NCBI GenBank assembly: GCA_965207885.1
Contig: OZ242311.1
Location: forward strand, 3,200,001-3,264,000
Direction: 5' to 3'
Source: Candidatus Latescibacterota bacterium
GTDB taxonomy: Bacteria; Latescibacterota; UBA2968
DNA: 64,000 nt
Below, piece by piece: positions 1 through 10,476 of the stretch. Each line of letters opens with the position of its first letter. Positions within the stretch are counted from its first letter, which is position 1. The notes below the pieces were generated by a model. That model was not told the DNA's origin. It did not search any database and saw only the letters and a list, made by a program, of their open reading frames with translations. Position numbers and translations under genes: made by a program.

Positions 1-640
1 GCACTGATCCACGCAGCAAAATGCGAGAGCCGTGGGTGTGCAACGCCACATCGTTTAATTGCAAGTGATCGGCCTGTAAAATGGCAATACCAGACAGATT
101 GGTCACCTCCAGTGGCGGATCGAATTGCACCGAGCGAAAACGCTCCAGGATCAAACGGCACTTAGATTCTCCCGCGAAAATAGCGCCCTTTAGCGAGATA
201 TCGCGCACCTGTGTATCTCCAACTACAACATTGGCATTCGCAATCTCCAGCGATTCGATAGCTAAATCCAGGGGTAGCGGAACATCCCACCTCGGCGTCT
301 CGGTCTCTTCGTCAGAAGCATCGATCCTCACCTCAATCCCCGACAACCTCAGTTGATGAAACACAGCCTTCCCTGTTAGCAGATCCCAAAAACTGTACTC
401 TACATCAAGCGTATCCACCTGCACCCAATCTCCGACCTGTATATCCACGATGCGACAATCTCCCAGTGGATTGCCCTGAACCTCGCCAATCAGACAGACA
501 TCATCCCCTTGCCAGGCGCGTTGCGCCAACCCGCGCAAAATACCATTGGCATAGCCACCCGCGACGAGTATTGCTCCTACCGCCAGCACAATGCCTGCGC
601 TGACCAGTATCCAGATTATTGATTTTGTTCGCCTGTTCAT
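1..640 (-). CDS. TamB/AsmA-like envelope protein, N-terminal part (runs off window edge)
   Basis: Not in the ORF track. Manual translation from ATG at 640 gives MNRRTKSIIWILVSAGIVLAVGAILVAGGY...IGEVQGNPLGDCRIVDIQV...LDVEYSFWDLLTGKAVFHQLRLSG. It has an N-terminal TM anchor and a beta-rich AsmA/TamB-like start, is open to base 1, and lies just downstream of a TamA/BamA-like gene. Confidence 0.7.
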   Translation of the reverse strand, partial: MNRRTKSIIWILVSAGIVLAVGAILVAGGYANGILRGLAQRAWQGDDVCLIGEVQGNPLGDCRIVDIQVGDWVQVDTLDVEYSFWDLLTGKAVFHQLRLSGIEVRIDASDEETETPRWDVPLPLDLAIESLEIANANVVVGDTQVRDISLKGAIFAGESKCRLILERFRSVQFDPPLEVTNLSGIAILQADHLQLNDVALHTHGSRILLRGSV

Positions 641-665
641 TTTAAGCGATACCAGTCTCTACGAT

Positions 666-2432
666 TCAAAACGCCTGTCCCAAACTAATGTGATACTGAA
701 TTCGTTTCGTCACAGTACTATCATCTGACATACGGTAGCCCACATCAAATCTCACGGGACCAACCGGACTCAAATATCGAAGCCCTGCGCCTACGGCATA
801 CTTAAGCGATCCGGGATTAAACGCTCCCGATTTCGCATCGACATTGCCCACATCTACAAAAATGGCTGTACCCAGTGAAAAAAATATCTGCGTTCTAATC
901 TCCATGCTCATTTCTACGCGACTCAAACCGCCCGTTGGATTGCCCTCGTGGTCTTTTGGCCCCAATTCATTCAGTCCCCACCCTCGCACACTATTGAGTC
1001 CCCCCGCAAAAAAACGTTCGACATTGGGCACACCCCCCGCCTTCCCCAGTTCAAAAATCATGCCACCCTGCACGCGCAGTGCCAGCACACTTCGCAAGGG
1101 TATGCGGCGAAACCATCGTCCCTCTGCCGTTGCCTGCAAAAATTCGCTATCGGATCTGAAAAACCGCCCGCGTTCGCGCACTGTGAACTGTGCGAGCATA
1201 CCCGATTGCGGGTCAAAAATATCGTCGCGAGTGTCCATGAGCAACCCGACCTCCATCTCGGCAAACGCACTATCGGCCGAAAAATCAACCACACCACCGC
1301 TGAACTGAGCGATCAAATCCGCCGTCGTTGTAATATTTCGTTCAAGAGATAGATTTCCCCCCAACTCATCCTGCACAAACGCTGCCTGCCGTTCGCGCTG
1401 CACAAACCCGCTGATATTCAACCAATTGTTGCTGTTGATAAAATACGGCTGCCGCAGGCCCAGCACTGTTTCCCTATTGTTCCCGGAAATCCGCCCAGAC
1501 AGTTTGAGCTGACGAGCACCCCCACCAAAATTGCGGTGGGTCCACGCCCCCGATACCCACAAGTCTTCATCCGTATCATATCCCGCACCCAGGCGCAGCG
1601 CTTGAAAAGGTCGCTCAGACACGCGCACATCTACATCTACCCGATTTTCAGAGCTATCCTTTAAGGCCAGAGCTACAGACCGGAACACCCCTGCGCGGTA
1701 GAGCAGATGTTGACTCTTCTGCAACGCCTCTTCGTTGAATAGCTCGCCCGATTGAAATGTCAATCCGCGCGAAATGGTGTTCTCCGACACGGCTTTGTTG
1801 CCCGATATGTGAACAGTACCCAGAGAACATACGGGACCAGATGTGAGTTTTAGAACGAGTTCGGCTTGTTGCGCCACAATCGTCGTCTCGACCTCGGCTC
1901 GCACAAACGCATAGCCCTTATTCCGCAACCCGCTTACAACCCGCGATACGCTCCTATCTACGATGTCGCGCGATAGTGGCTTACCTTCGAGCTGTCCAAA
2001 AGCATTCTCACTATCTTCATTGCCAATTACCGACGTCTTGGAAATTCGTGTCAAAGGTCCCTCTGTAATGTGTACCCCCAGTCCCATCTCATCTGCGCCA
2101 AGTTGCTCAACGGTCAAATGTACTGCAACTGCTAAATATCCCAAATCGCGGTAATATGCTCGCAATTTTTCCAGATCAGATGCAAGGGCCAAAGGATCGT
2201 ATCTACGCGCCTGGACCCAGGGTAGAAAATCGTACCATGGCGAAGCGCGCGTGACCATCAGCGCTTTCAGTTCCCCCCCCCAAATCGCCCGATGACCCGA
2301 AATGTGTAGCCATCTCACAATGGGATCATCAGATGGCGTTTCCCCACGAGCTGGCACAACGACCATTAGAGCGGCCAGTATAAAATAGGCCCTCAATTTG
2401 AGGACCTTATTTTCTATCAGTTTTTCATCCAT
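666..2432 (-). CDS. Omp85 family outer-membrane protein (TamA/BamA-like)
   Basis: POTRA-like repeats, ERFFAGGLNSVRGW motif, GLRYLSPVGPVRFD, C-terminal GQAF. Confidence 0.9.
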   Translation of the reverse strand: MDEKLIENKVLKLRAYFILAALMVVVPARGETPSDDPIVRWLHISGHRAIWGGELKALMVTRASPWYDFLPWVQARRYDPLALASDLEKLRAYYRDLGYLAVAVHLTVEQLGADEMGLGVHITEGPLTRISKTSVIGNEDSENAFGQLEGKPLSRDIVDRSVSRVVSGLRNKGYAFVRAEVETTIVAQQAELVLKLTSGPVCSLGTVHISGNKAVSENTISRGLTFQSGELFNEEALQKSQHLLYRAGVFRSVALALKDSSENRVDVDVRVSERPFQALRLGAGYDTDEDLWVSGAWTHRNFGGGARQLKLSGRISGNNRETVLGLRQPYFINSNNWLNISGFVQRERQAAFVQDELGGNLSLERNITTTADLIAQFSGGVVDFSADSAFAEMEVGLLMDTRDDIFDPQSGMLAQFTVRERGRFFRSDSEFLQATAEGRWFRRIPLRSVLALRVQGGMIFELGKAGGVPNVERFFAGGLNSVRGWGLNELGPKDHEGNPTGGLSRVEMSMEIRTQIFFSLGTAIFVDVGNVDAKSGAFNPGSLKYAVGAGLRYLSPVGPVRFDVGYRMSDDSTVTKRIQYHISLGQAF

Positions 2433-2437
2433 GAGAT

Positions 2438-3853
2438 CTATATTTCTCCAACCCGATGCAATTTTAGCAAATTGGTCTCTGCCCGCGCCGTGATGGGCGC
2501 ACCAGCCAGGATCACCAGTGTATCTCCAAAACGCACATTGCCCTCAGAGAGCAACCGCGCTTCAACTTCGGCTACCATGCGATCCGTATCGTCGATCAGC
2601 GTAATTTGACGGGGTTCAACGCCCCAGCACAAGCACAACCGCCGACATATCCTCGCGCTGGGCGTAAATGCAATAATCAGCGTGCGCGGTCTGCGCTTTG
2701 AAATCAGACGCGCTGTGGATCCCGATTGGGTAAATGCGACAATGGCTTTGGGAGATACCGCTGTCGATACCGCAGCGGCAGCTTGTCCAATCGCATCGGG
2801 AAAAGAGAGCGATGAATCCAGATTCAAAATTGGCGGAGCCAATTCCACACTCGCTTCGGCCTTTTCAATAATCCGCGCCATCATCTGCACGGTTTGAACG
2901 GGATATTTGCCAATCGCGGTCTCGCCAGACAGCATCGCCGCATCGGTGCCGTCAAAAATCGCATTGGCCACATCTGACGCTTCGGCGCGCGTGGGCCGCG
3001 GATGATCGGTCATCGACTCCAGCATCTGCGTGGCCGTAATCACGAATACCCCTGCACGGTTGGCCGCCGAAATCACGCGCTTCTGGATCACTGGCACATC
3101 TTCAGGTGATAATTCTACGCCCAGATCGCCCCGCGCAACCATCACGCCATCGGCAACATCGAGAATATCTTCGAGGTGATCGACAGCTTCGGCGCGTTCC
3201 AGCTTTGCAATAACCGGGATCTCTTTCTCTGCCCGTTCAATAATATGTTGAACCTCTCGCACATCGTCGGGTTCCCGCACAAAAGACAGAGCAATATAAT
3301 CCACACCCAATTCGATTCCCAGGTCCAGGTCCTCTCGATCTTTGGTCGTCAGAGAAGGTGCGCTGACCTGTACCCCGGGCAAGTTGATGCCCTTATTGGA
3401 TTTTAACAGCCCGCCCACCACAACCTCACACACGACATCCGAGCCATAGACCTCGCGCACCATCAACTCGATATGCCCGTCATCGAGCAAAATGCGGTCC
3501 GCGGGCTTCACATCTCGGGGCAATCTCGCATAAGTTGTCGATACACACTCGGCATCGCCCGGAACTTCGCGGGTCGTCACTGTCAGCCTGTCGCCTTCCT
3601 GCAATTCAATCGGATCCTCTGCGAGTTTCCCCACCCGCATTTTTGGACCCTGCAAATCCTGCAAAATGGCGATACTGCGCTGCATGTTATCCGCTATCTG
3701 CCGAATGCGCCCAACATTCTTCGCGTGTTCATCTCGCGTCCCGTGTGAAAAATTGAGCCGAAAAACATCCACCCCCGCCCCAATCAGTTGCTCTATCACG
3801 CGCTCCGATGAACTCGCAGGACCCAGTGTACTCACAATTTTCGCTCTGCGCAT
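2438..3853 (-). CDS. pyk: Pyruvate kinase
   Basis: KIVSTLGPAS, RLNFSHG, DLQGPK, MVARGDLGVE, TATQMLESM, PTRAEASDVANA, MLSGET motifs. Confidence 0.98.
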   Translation of the reverse strand: MRRAKIVSTLGPASSSERVIEQLIGAGVDVFRLNFSHGTRDEHAKNVGRIRQIADNMQRSIAILQDLQGPKMRVGKLAEDPIELQEGDRLTVTTREVPGDAECVSTTYARLPRDVKPADRILLDDGHIELMVREVYGSDVVCEVVVGGLLKSNKGINLPGVQVSAPSLTTKDREDLDLGIELGVDYIALSFVREPDDVREVQHIIERAEKEIPVIAKLERAEAVDHLEDILDVADGVMVARGDLGVELSPEDVPVIQKRVISAANRAGVFVITATQMLESMTDHPRPTRAEASDVANAIFDGTDAAMLSGETAIGKYPVQTVQMMARIIEKAEASVELAPPILNLDSSLSFPDAIGQAAAAVSTAVSPKAIVAFTQSGSTARLISKRRPRTLIIAFTPSARICRRLCLCWGVEPRQITLIDDTDRMVAEVEARLLSEGNVRFGDTLVILAGAPITARAETNLLKLHRVGEI

Positions 3854-3962
3854 GTTTTACCTTTTCAGCGGTTAATTCAGCCTTACCTATCACACATTTA
3901 CTTTTCAATAATACGACGCTCAGTCAAACACATCAAATGTTTTTCATATAAAATAGTTTAAC

Positions 3963-4003
3963 AAAAATAAAAAATCCCCACAAAATCAATTGAAGTTGTG
4001 GGG
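3963..4003 (-). terminator. Probable intrinsic terminator after the NAD(P)H oxidoreductase
   Basis: CCCCACAA/TTGTGGGG stem followed by a T-rich run on the minus strand. Confidence 0.6.
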
Positions 4004-4041
4004 CTAAATAGCTGGTGGACAAACATATAGATGGAATACTT

Positions 4042-4650
4042 TCAGCAAAACTCCTTCCCCAACCGATAAGCTCGTGCGAGATTCTCGAGCCTTACACTTT
4101 CTTCGCCTTCTGCCATCCCTCCCAACACAATCATATCCGCCCGTGCCACACCTATATCAGGACGAAGGCGATCATTGAGATAAATACACCTCATACTCTC
4201 TAAGATACCAGTTTCTTCGAGATGCTCGCATGTGTGACCCGCAGTACACAGGACCAACGCCCTATTAATCTGGAGTCCAGATATCGGATATTCCTCATTC
4301 TCATACACATACGTATATCCACAGACACAGACCCGATCAAACCATCCCTTCAATTTTGCCGGACAATCACTCCACCAAACTGGAAAGATGAACACCAGGC
4401 CATCGGCCTTCTCGATCTTTGCGTGTTCAGCCTGCACATCAGATGGAACGGGCAAATCCGGACGATTACCATACACATTCATCTCCCGGTTGTATTCGTC
4501 CAGACTCATATCGGTCCTGAAATCCATTTCGTACAAATCGCCTATCTGATATGAGTGGCCTCTATCCTCCAACCCACGGCAAAACTCTGCCAGCACATCA
4601 CCCGTAAAAGATTGCTTACTCGGATGAGCGAAGACGACGTAAACATGCAT
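4042..4650 (-). CDS. NAD(P)H-dependent oxidoreductase, flavodoxin-2 / quinone reductase family
   Basis: VVFAHP, DLY, FPVWWSDCPAKLKGWFDRV. Start set at MHVYVV (4650) rather than the ORF-track start 4731. Confidence 0.88.
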   Translation of the reverse strand: MHVYVVFAHPSKQSFTGDVLAEFCRGLEDRGHSYQIGDLYEMDFRTDMSLDEYNREMNVYGNRPDLPVPSDVQAEHAKIEKADGLVFIFPVWWSDCPAKLKGWFDRVCVCGYTYVYENEEYPISGLQINRALVLCTAGHTCEHLEETGILESMRCIYLNDRLRPDIGVARADMIVLGGMAEGEESVRLENLARAYRLGKEFC

Positions 4651-4691
4651 GCTGTTTTCCGATCTTTGGATACATAGAAATCTGAACCACC

Positions 4692-5393
4692 CTAAGGCAT
4701 CAGGCCATTCGCAATCCTTTCGATTGTGCAATGCATATTCTCATCTACCATACGCGAGAGAATATGGTCAGACAATGCCTCAATAAATTCTTCTCTGCAT
4801 TCCGCCTTTGCTCCAGGATTTAGTTCACAAAGCCACTGCTTTTTATAGTTCAATCCATCCTGATTCGCTGGAATTTCGACGTGTTTTTCAATACTACCGA
4901 CCGCCAGGTTGAAATTTTCTTTTCCATCCCAGGAACTTGTAACGGGAAAACCATCTTTTTGCAATGATTCAGGCCATGTGATATCTACTACGACCTCGCG
5001 ATGATCAATTTCAATTTTCAGGAAGTTATGAACATCCCAAATTCCTTCCTCTGGGATTTTTTCTCCAACCCTTCTTGGTATCCAGTCAACATGAGGCGTG
5101 ATTCTACATTGAGCCATGTAGAAGCGAGAAACATAACCAAGCGACGTTAATATCTCGTGCAGAGCAAGGTGTTTCCCAGAGCAAGTCCCCCGCCATTCTC
5201 TCAAGACATCCTCTGGTGTATTGTGTGTCGGACGGCCATAAGGTATATCGCGAATAGAAAATAAAATATGCCTGAGACCGGGCGCACAATCCACATTTTT
5301 ACACACCTGTTCTATTGCATCAGCAAAATCAAACCAGCCTCCCCCTCGGATTTTCAGGCATTCCAAATCGATATACATCTTAGAGATTTCCAT
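4692..5393 (-). CDS. Hypothetical protein, transglutaminase-like Cys-His-Asp fold
   Basis: GTCSGKH...DVHNF...VDITW pattern. Start uncertain (5417, 5393 or 5378). Confidence 0.6.
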   Translation of the reverse strand: MEISKMYIDLECLKIRGGGWFDFADAIEQVCKNVDCAPGLRHILFSIRDIPYGRPTHNTPEDVLREWRGTCSGKHLALHEILTSLGYVSRFYMAQCRITPHVDWIPRRVGEKIPEEGIWDVHNFLKIEIDHREVVVDITWPESLQKDGFPVTSSWDGKENFNLAVGSIEKHVEIPANQDGLNYKKQWLCELNPGAKAECREEFIEALSDHILSRMVDENMHCTIERIANGLMP

Positions 5394-5432
5394 TATGAAT
5401 GATAGAACAATAGCCACCAGGCATCCTGTACT

Positions 5433-5479
5433 AAAAAAACCGAAACCTGATGGCCATTATCTCCGCCCTGGGGTTTCGG
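5433..5479 (-). terminator. Intrinsic terminator upstream of the transglutaminase-like gene
   Basis: CCGAAACC/GGTTTCGG stem followed by T7 on the minus strand. Confidence 0.65.
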
Positions 5480-5635
5480 CTGAGGTTAGATTGTATCAAG
5501 TTGTAGTACAGCACGACGGGAAAGCTATTTGGGTGCATAACTTCATCTCGCCACTCAACATAAGCCTTGTTCATTGGTTATTCCGCAATATCTAAAAGAA
5601 GTTGGAAATATGCTCTTGCCTTTGCGGGGACATCC

Positions 5636-5719
5636 TCAAAGAAGCTGGCGAAATTCTTCCGCAGTTAATCCGGCATCTCTGACGATTCCCCCCATGGTGA
5701 AGGCATTCACTGGGTTATT
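5636..5719 (-). pseudogene. hicA: HicA toxin C-terminal remnant
   Basis: Manual translation NNPVNAFTMGGIVRDAGLTAEEFRQLL* resembles the C-terminus of HicA toxins. The N-terminal part is absent. Confidence 0.75.
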
Positions 5720-5871
5720 TCATCGACGACATCGAGATATTCACATATTGCCGTCTTAATATTTGCGATTGCTTCCTTTTCGGTATTCCCTTGTGACCAA
5801 CAACCTGGTAAGCCAGGCACCGAAACGCTATAGCCTTCGTCGGATTTGTAAAGGGCAATTTTGTACCTCAT
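5707..5871 (-). CDS. hicB: HicB-family antitoxin, 54 aa, probably C-terminally truncated
   Basis: Not in the ORF track. MRYKIALYKSDEGYSVSVPGLPGCWSQGNTEKEAIANIKTAICEYLDVVDEITQ* carries the HicB motif VPxLPGCxSQGxTxxEAxxNIxxAI. GAGG RBS upstream. Confidence 0.85.
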   Translation of the reverse strand: MRYKIALYKSDEGYSVSVPGLPGCWSQGNTEKEAIANIKTAICEYLDVVDEITQ

Positions 5872-5888
5872 TATGAACCTCGTCTTTC

Positions 5889-5918
5889 ATCTGCGTTTAT
5901 CTGCGTACATCTGCGGAT
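5889..5918. repeat. Tandem decamer ATCTGCGNNN x3
   Basis: atctgcgttt atctgcgtac atctgcggat, directly after the metH stop. Related copies at 23099-23129. Confidence 0.8.
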
Positions 5919-5919
5919 A

Positions 5920-8900
5920 CTACTTATACCCCAAATTCGGTGCCAGCCAGCGCTCCATCTCTGCCATCGGCATCCCTTTCCGCCGTGCGTAATCGGTCAC
6001 CTGATCGGCGTCGATCTTGCCCACGGCAAAATAGCGCGCATCGGGATGTGCGAGATACCATCCGCTGACCGAAGCCGCTGGGAACATCGCAAAATTCTCA
6101 GTCAACCGAATATCCGTCTCTCGCTCAACCCCGAGCAAATCAAACAACGTCTGCTTCTCCGTGTGATCCGGGCAAGCGGGATAACCGGGCGCGGGGCGAA
6201 TCCCGCGATATCTCTCCCGGATCAAATCTTCATTGCTCAACGCCTCGTCCAGACCATATCCCCAATCTCTCCGCGCCTTTGTGTGCAAAAACTCGGCAAA
6301 TGCTTCAGCCAGGCGATCCGCTATAGCCTGAAGCAAAATGGCATTATAATCGTCCAATGCGTGCTTAAATGCCGCTGCTTTTGCGTCAACACCCAATCCC
6401 GCAGTCACGGCAAATGCCCCGATATAATCTGCATATCCGACAGGTGCGACAAAATCGGCCAGTGAAAAATACGGTCCTCCCGTGCGTTTTTCCTGCTGCT
6501 GGCGCAACATGTGCAAACGCGCCCGCTCGGTATCTCTGCGTTCATCTTCAAACACGACAATATCATCCCCATCGGCATTTGCAGGGAAAAATCCGTACAC
6601 AGCCTGTGCCTGGATCCATCCCTCATCGACAATCGCCTTGAGCATCACCTGTGCGTCATCGAATAATTTGCGCGCCTCTGCGCCCTTGTTCGGATCATTC
6701 AATATCTTCGGATAACTGCCTCGCAACTCCCATGCGTGGAAGAACGGTCCCCAATCGATAAAATTGACCAATTGAGAAATCGGAAAATCGCACAAATCCT
6801 GCACACCTGTAAACTTGGGTTTGGGGAGATCAACCTGTGCCCAGTCAAACATCTGGCGACGCGATAGTGCATCCGAATACGAAATAAGCGGCCTTCGGGA
6901 AATGTCAAACTCGGCCAATGCCCGCTGCTGTGACTCGCGATTTGCCCGCACATACTCGTCCCGTTGCTCTGCGTTCAACAACGTACCCACCACACCTGTT
7001 GCGCGCGATGCATCCACAACATGCACGGTTGCATAATCGTAAGCTGGCGCAATTTTCACCGCCGTATGCTTGCGACTCGTGGTCGCTCCCCCAATTAAAA
7101 GAGGCACGTCAAACTCCTCGCGCTGCATCTCCCGCGCGACATGGACCATCTCATTGAGCGACGGTGTGATCAAACCACTCAGCCCGATGATATCGACCTC
7201 TTCTTCCTGTGCAACTCTCAAAATGCGATCCGCGGGCACCATCACACCAAGGTCAATCACCTCGTAATTATTGCACCCCAAAACCACGCCCACAATATTC
7301 TTGCCAATATCGTGAACATCCCCTTTCACCGTCGCCATCAGAACCTTACCCCGCGCCCCGCCGCCCGCTTTCTCATCTTCCATCAAAGGCTCGAGATACG
7401 CCACCGCCTGCTTCATCACGCGCGCTGTTTTGACCACCTGGGGCAAAAACATTTTGCCTGCGCCAAACAAATCGCCCACCACATTCATCCCGTCCATCAA
7501 TGGACCTTCGATCATCTCCAACGGTTTGTACCTGCCAAGTGCCTCCTCTAAATCCTCTTCCAAATGCTCTGACTGCCCGTGCAAAAGCGCGTGCTTCAAC
7601 CGATCTTCAACCGAGCCCTGTCGCCATGCATCGTCTTTTTGGCGGCTCTTGCCCTCTGAGCGCACAGACTCGGCGAAATCCACCAGCCTTTCCGTCGCAT
7701 CTTGCCGCCTGTTGAACAACACATCTTCAATCAGCACGCGCAACTTCTCGGGGATTTCTTCATACACCATCAACTGCCCGGCATTGACAATGCCCATATC
7801 CAGACCAGCTTGAATGGCGTGATACAAAAAAGCCGCGTGAATCGCCTCTCGCACGTAATCATTGCCCCGGAATGAGAACGAAATATTGCTCACACCACCG
7901 CTCGTTTTCGCACCCGGGCACAGGTCTTTGATCTGTCTTACAGCCTCGATAAAATTGACCGCATAATCGTTGTGTTCTTCAATACCCGTTGCAACAGTCA
8001 AAATATTCGGATCAAAAATAATATCCGACGCATCCATCCCCACATCTTCGGTCAAAATGTGATATGCGCGCTGGCAAATCCGCACCTTATCTTCAATCGA
8101 AGTCGCCTGCCCCTTCTCATCAAATGCCATTACCACAACCGCAGCACCGTAGCGCAACACGGTTTCCGCCTGTGACTTAAAAACCGCCTCGCCCTCTTTC
8201 AAACTGATGGAATTGACAATCGCCTTGCCCTGTGCGCATTTCAACCCAGATTCGATCACCTCAAAATCGGAACTGTCAATCACAATTGGCACGCGCGCAA
8301 TATCGGGTTCGCCCGCGATCAGCTTTAAAAACGTCGCCATAGCATCTTTTGAATCGAGCAACCCCTCATCCATATTGACATCGATCATATTCGCGCCACC
8401 AGCCACCTGCTCCCGCGCAACTTCCAGTGCCGCCGCATAATCACCCGTTTTGATCAACCGCGCAAACCGCCGCGATCCCGTCACATTGGTGCGCTCGCCA
8501 ATCATAATAAAATTGGAATCGGGATAAATAATCATCGGCTCCAAACCGCTGAACCGCGATATAGAAGACCGTTTGGGAATTTTTCTCGGTGCCTTATCGG
8601 ATACAGCCTCGGCAATCGCAGCAATATATTCGGGCGTGGTACCACAACATCCGCCCACAATATTGAGCCAACCCTGCGCGGCAAAATCGCCCAAAATACC
8701 CGCCATATGCCCCGGAGAATCGTCGTATTCCCCAAACTCATTGGGCAAACCCGCATTGGGATAACAACTCATAAATGCCGGTGCGAAATGAGATAAAGCC
8801 TCTACATAAGGCCGCATTTCCCGCGCACCGAGGGCGCAGTTAATCCCCACACTCAAAGGCTGCGCGTGCGCCACCGACAACCAGAATGCCTCTATCGTTT

Positions 8901-9576
8901 GTCCGGACAATGTGCGTCCGCTTTGATCGGCCACCGTGCCGGAAATCATCACGGGTACTTTCACGCCGTGATCCAGAAAATAACGCGACACGGCAAATAG
9001 CGCGGCTTTGGCTGTGAGCGTATCAAACACCGTCTCCACCAGGATTATATCCACACCGCCAGCCATCAAGCCCTCAATCTGCGCGTAATACCCATTGACC
9101 ACATCTTCAAATGTATGCGTGCGAAAAGCCGGATCATTCACATTGGGCGACAGCGAAAGCGTACAACTCGTTGGTCCCAGAGCACCCGCAACAAATCGCG
9201 GCTTGTTCGGATTTTGTCTTGTTACCTCAACCGCTGCTTGTCGCGCAACGCGAGCAGCTGCCACATTCAGATCGTAAACCCGGTCCTGAAGCTGATACTC
9301 CGCCATTGAAATCGGCGTGGCATTAAACGTATTTGTCTCGATAATATCCGCTCCAGCATCCAAAAATCGCCGATGGATATCCGCGATCAAATGCGGCTGC
9401 GTCAGACACAAGAGATCGCTACACCCCTTCACATCAACGGGATGATCGCCAAAGCCATCCCCCCGAAACGCCCGCTCGTCCAGATCATACGCCTGAATCA
9501 TCGTAGCCATCGCCCCATCGAGCAGCAAAATGCGCTCTGACATCAATTTGCGAATGGTTGTCTCTATATCGCGCAT
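5920..9576 (-). CDS. metH: Cobalamin-dependent methionine synthase
   Basis: 1218 aa with [26 protein letters not shown] and [14 protein letters not shown] motifs. Confidence 0.98.
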   Translation of the reverse strand: MRDIETTIRKLMSERILLLDGAMATMIQAYDLDERAFRGDGFGDHPVDVKGCSDLLCLTQPHLIADIHRRFLDAGADIIETNTFNATPISMAEYQLQDRVYDLNVAAARVARQAAVEVTRQNPNKPRFVAGALGPTSCTLSLSPNVNDPAFRTHTFEDVVNGYYAQIEGLMAGGVDIILVETVFDTLTAKAALFAVSRYFLDHGVKVPVMISGTVADQSGRTLSGQTIEAFWLSVAHAQPLSVGINCALGAREMRPYVEALSHFAPAFMSCYPNAGLPNEFGEYDDSPGHMAGILGDFAAQGWLNIVGGCCGTTPEYIAAIAEAVSDKAPRKIPKRSSISRFSGLEPMIIYPDSNFIMIGERTNVTGSRRFARLIKTGDYAAALEVAREQVAGGANMIDVNMDEGLLDSKDAMATFLKLIAGEPDIARVPIVIDSSDFEVIESGLKCAQGKAIVNSISLKEGEAVFKSQAETVLRYGAAVVVMAFDEKGQATSIEDKVRICQRAYHILTEDVGMDASDIIFDPNILTVATGIEEHNDYAVNFIEAVRQIKDLCPGAKTSGGVSNISFSFRGNDYVREAIHAAFLYHAIQAGLDMGIVNAGQLMVYEEIPEKLRVLIEDVLFNRRQDATERLVDFAESVRSEGKSRQKDDAWRQGSVEDRLKHALLHGQSEHLEEDLEEALGRYKPLEMIEGPLMDGMNVVGDLFGAGKMFLPQVVKTARVMKQAVAYLEPLMEDEKAGGGARGKVLMATVKGDVHDIGKNIVGVVLGCNNYEVIDLGVMVPADRILRVAQEEEVDIIGLSGLITPSLNEMVHVAREMQREEFDVPLLIGGATTSRKHTAVKIAPAYDYATVHVVDASRATGVVGTLLNAEQRDEYVRANRESQQRALAEFDISRRPLISYSDALSRRQMFDWAQVDLPKPKFTGVQDLCDFPISQLVNFIDWGPFFHAWELRGSYPKILNDPNKGAEARKLFDDAQVMLKAIVDEGWIQAQAVYGFFPANADGDDIVVFEDERRDTERARLHMLRQQQEKRTGGPYFSLADFVAPVGYADYIGAFAVTAGLGVDAKAAAFKHALDDYNAILLQAIADRLAEAFAEFLHTKARRDWGYGLDEALSNEDLIRERYRGIRPAPGYPACPDHTEKQTLFDLLGVERETDIRLTENFAMFPAASVSGWYLAHPDARYFAVGKIDADQVTDYARRKGMPMAEMERWLAPNLGYK

Positions 9577-9635
9577 ACATCTTTTCTCTTATTCGGTTGA
9601 ACAGGAAAAAGTCGAGGACAAAGATAAAATAAATA

Positions 9636-9687
9636 GCGTGCCTGACCAATCAACAGGCCGTTGAGTTTAATCAACTGACAGGCACGC
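9636..9687 (-). terminator. Hairpin between the TauE gene and metH (terminator or leader structure)
   Basis: GCGTGCCTG/CAGGCACGC stem followed by TATTTATTTT on the minus strand. Confidence 0.45.
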
Positions 9688-9699
9688 ACTTGCCCATCA

Positions 9700-10431
9700 T
9701 CAAAAAATCGCCGCGGCCAATCCGCCAGCCATCACCATCCCAATCGAAATCCAGCGAAACACCGCCACCTGGTGAACCCGTGCGCGGAGATAGGTCGCGG
9801 TCAAAAATCCCAAAATCAAACCCGGCGCACCCCAGAGGACGAATTGCAAACTCTCAAGCGTCAACACCCCTACGGCCCACAATACACAGAGACTCAACGT
9901 AGAAGTACACAAAAAACAGGTCAAAAGCGTTGCGCGCATCATCGCCTGCTGCCAGCGCTGTTTCAGCCCAAACAGAACGATAGGCGGTCCAGAAACACCG
10001 ATACTGGACGACAAAAAACCGCTGAACATACCCACCCCCACACAGGTCAGTGCGTCATGCCGAAAAGGATTACCCGGTCGCAATTGCAAAACAACTGCCA
10101 ATACCACCATTGCCAAACCAATAGCGCGCTTCATCACATCTGCATCTGTATCGCGTAACACAAACGCGCCCAAAGGCATGCCCACAATCGCACTCCCCAC
10201 AATCATTCCCAGCACCTTCCAATCCACATCTCGCCGCAGTTGAATAAATTGCCCGGTGCCCAAAGGCAAATAGGACATCAAAACCCCGGGCACAACCACC
10301 TGGGCGGGAAACCACAAAACCATCGCCGGTATAGAAAGCAGGTTAAACCCAAACCCGGTCAACCCCTGCAAGCTACCCGCAATCCAGAAAATACTGCTCG
10401 CATAGCATATTTCGCGTATAGGAAAATCCAT
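9700..10431 (-). CDS. Sulfite exporter TauE/SafE family membrane protein
   Basis: AGSLQGLTGFG and SGFLSSSIGVSGPP duplicated motifs, about 8 hydrophobic segments. Confidence 0.88.
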   Translation of the reverse strand: MDFPIREICYASSIFWIAGSLQGLTGFGFNLLSIPAMVLWFPAQVVVPGVLMSYLPLGTGQFIQLRRDVDWKVLGMIVGSAIVGMPLGAFVLRDTDADVMKRAIGLAMVVLAVVLQLRPGNPFRHDALTCVGVGMFSGFLSSSIGVSGPPIVLFGLKQRWQQAMMRATLLTCFLCTSTLSLCVLWAVGVLTLESLQFVLWGAPGLILGFLTATYLRARVHQVAVFRWISIGMVMAGGLAAAIF

Positions 10432-10476
10432 TGTGTAATGGTTGCTTTTTGCTCCTTATTTTAGTTTTTTATTTCA

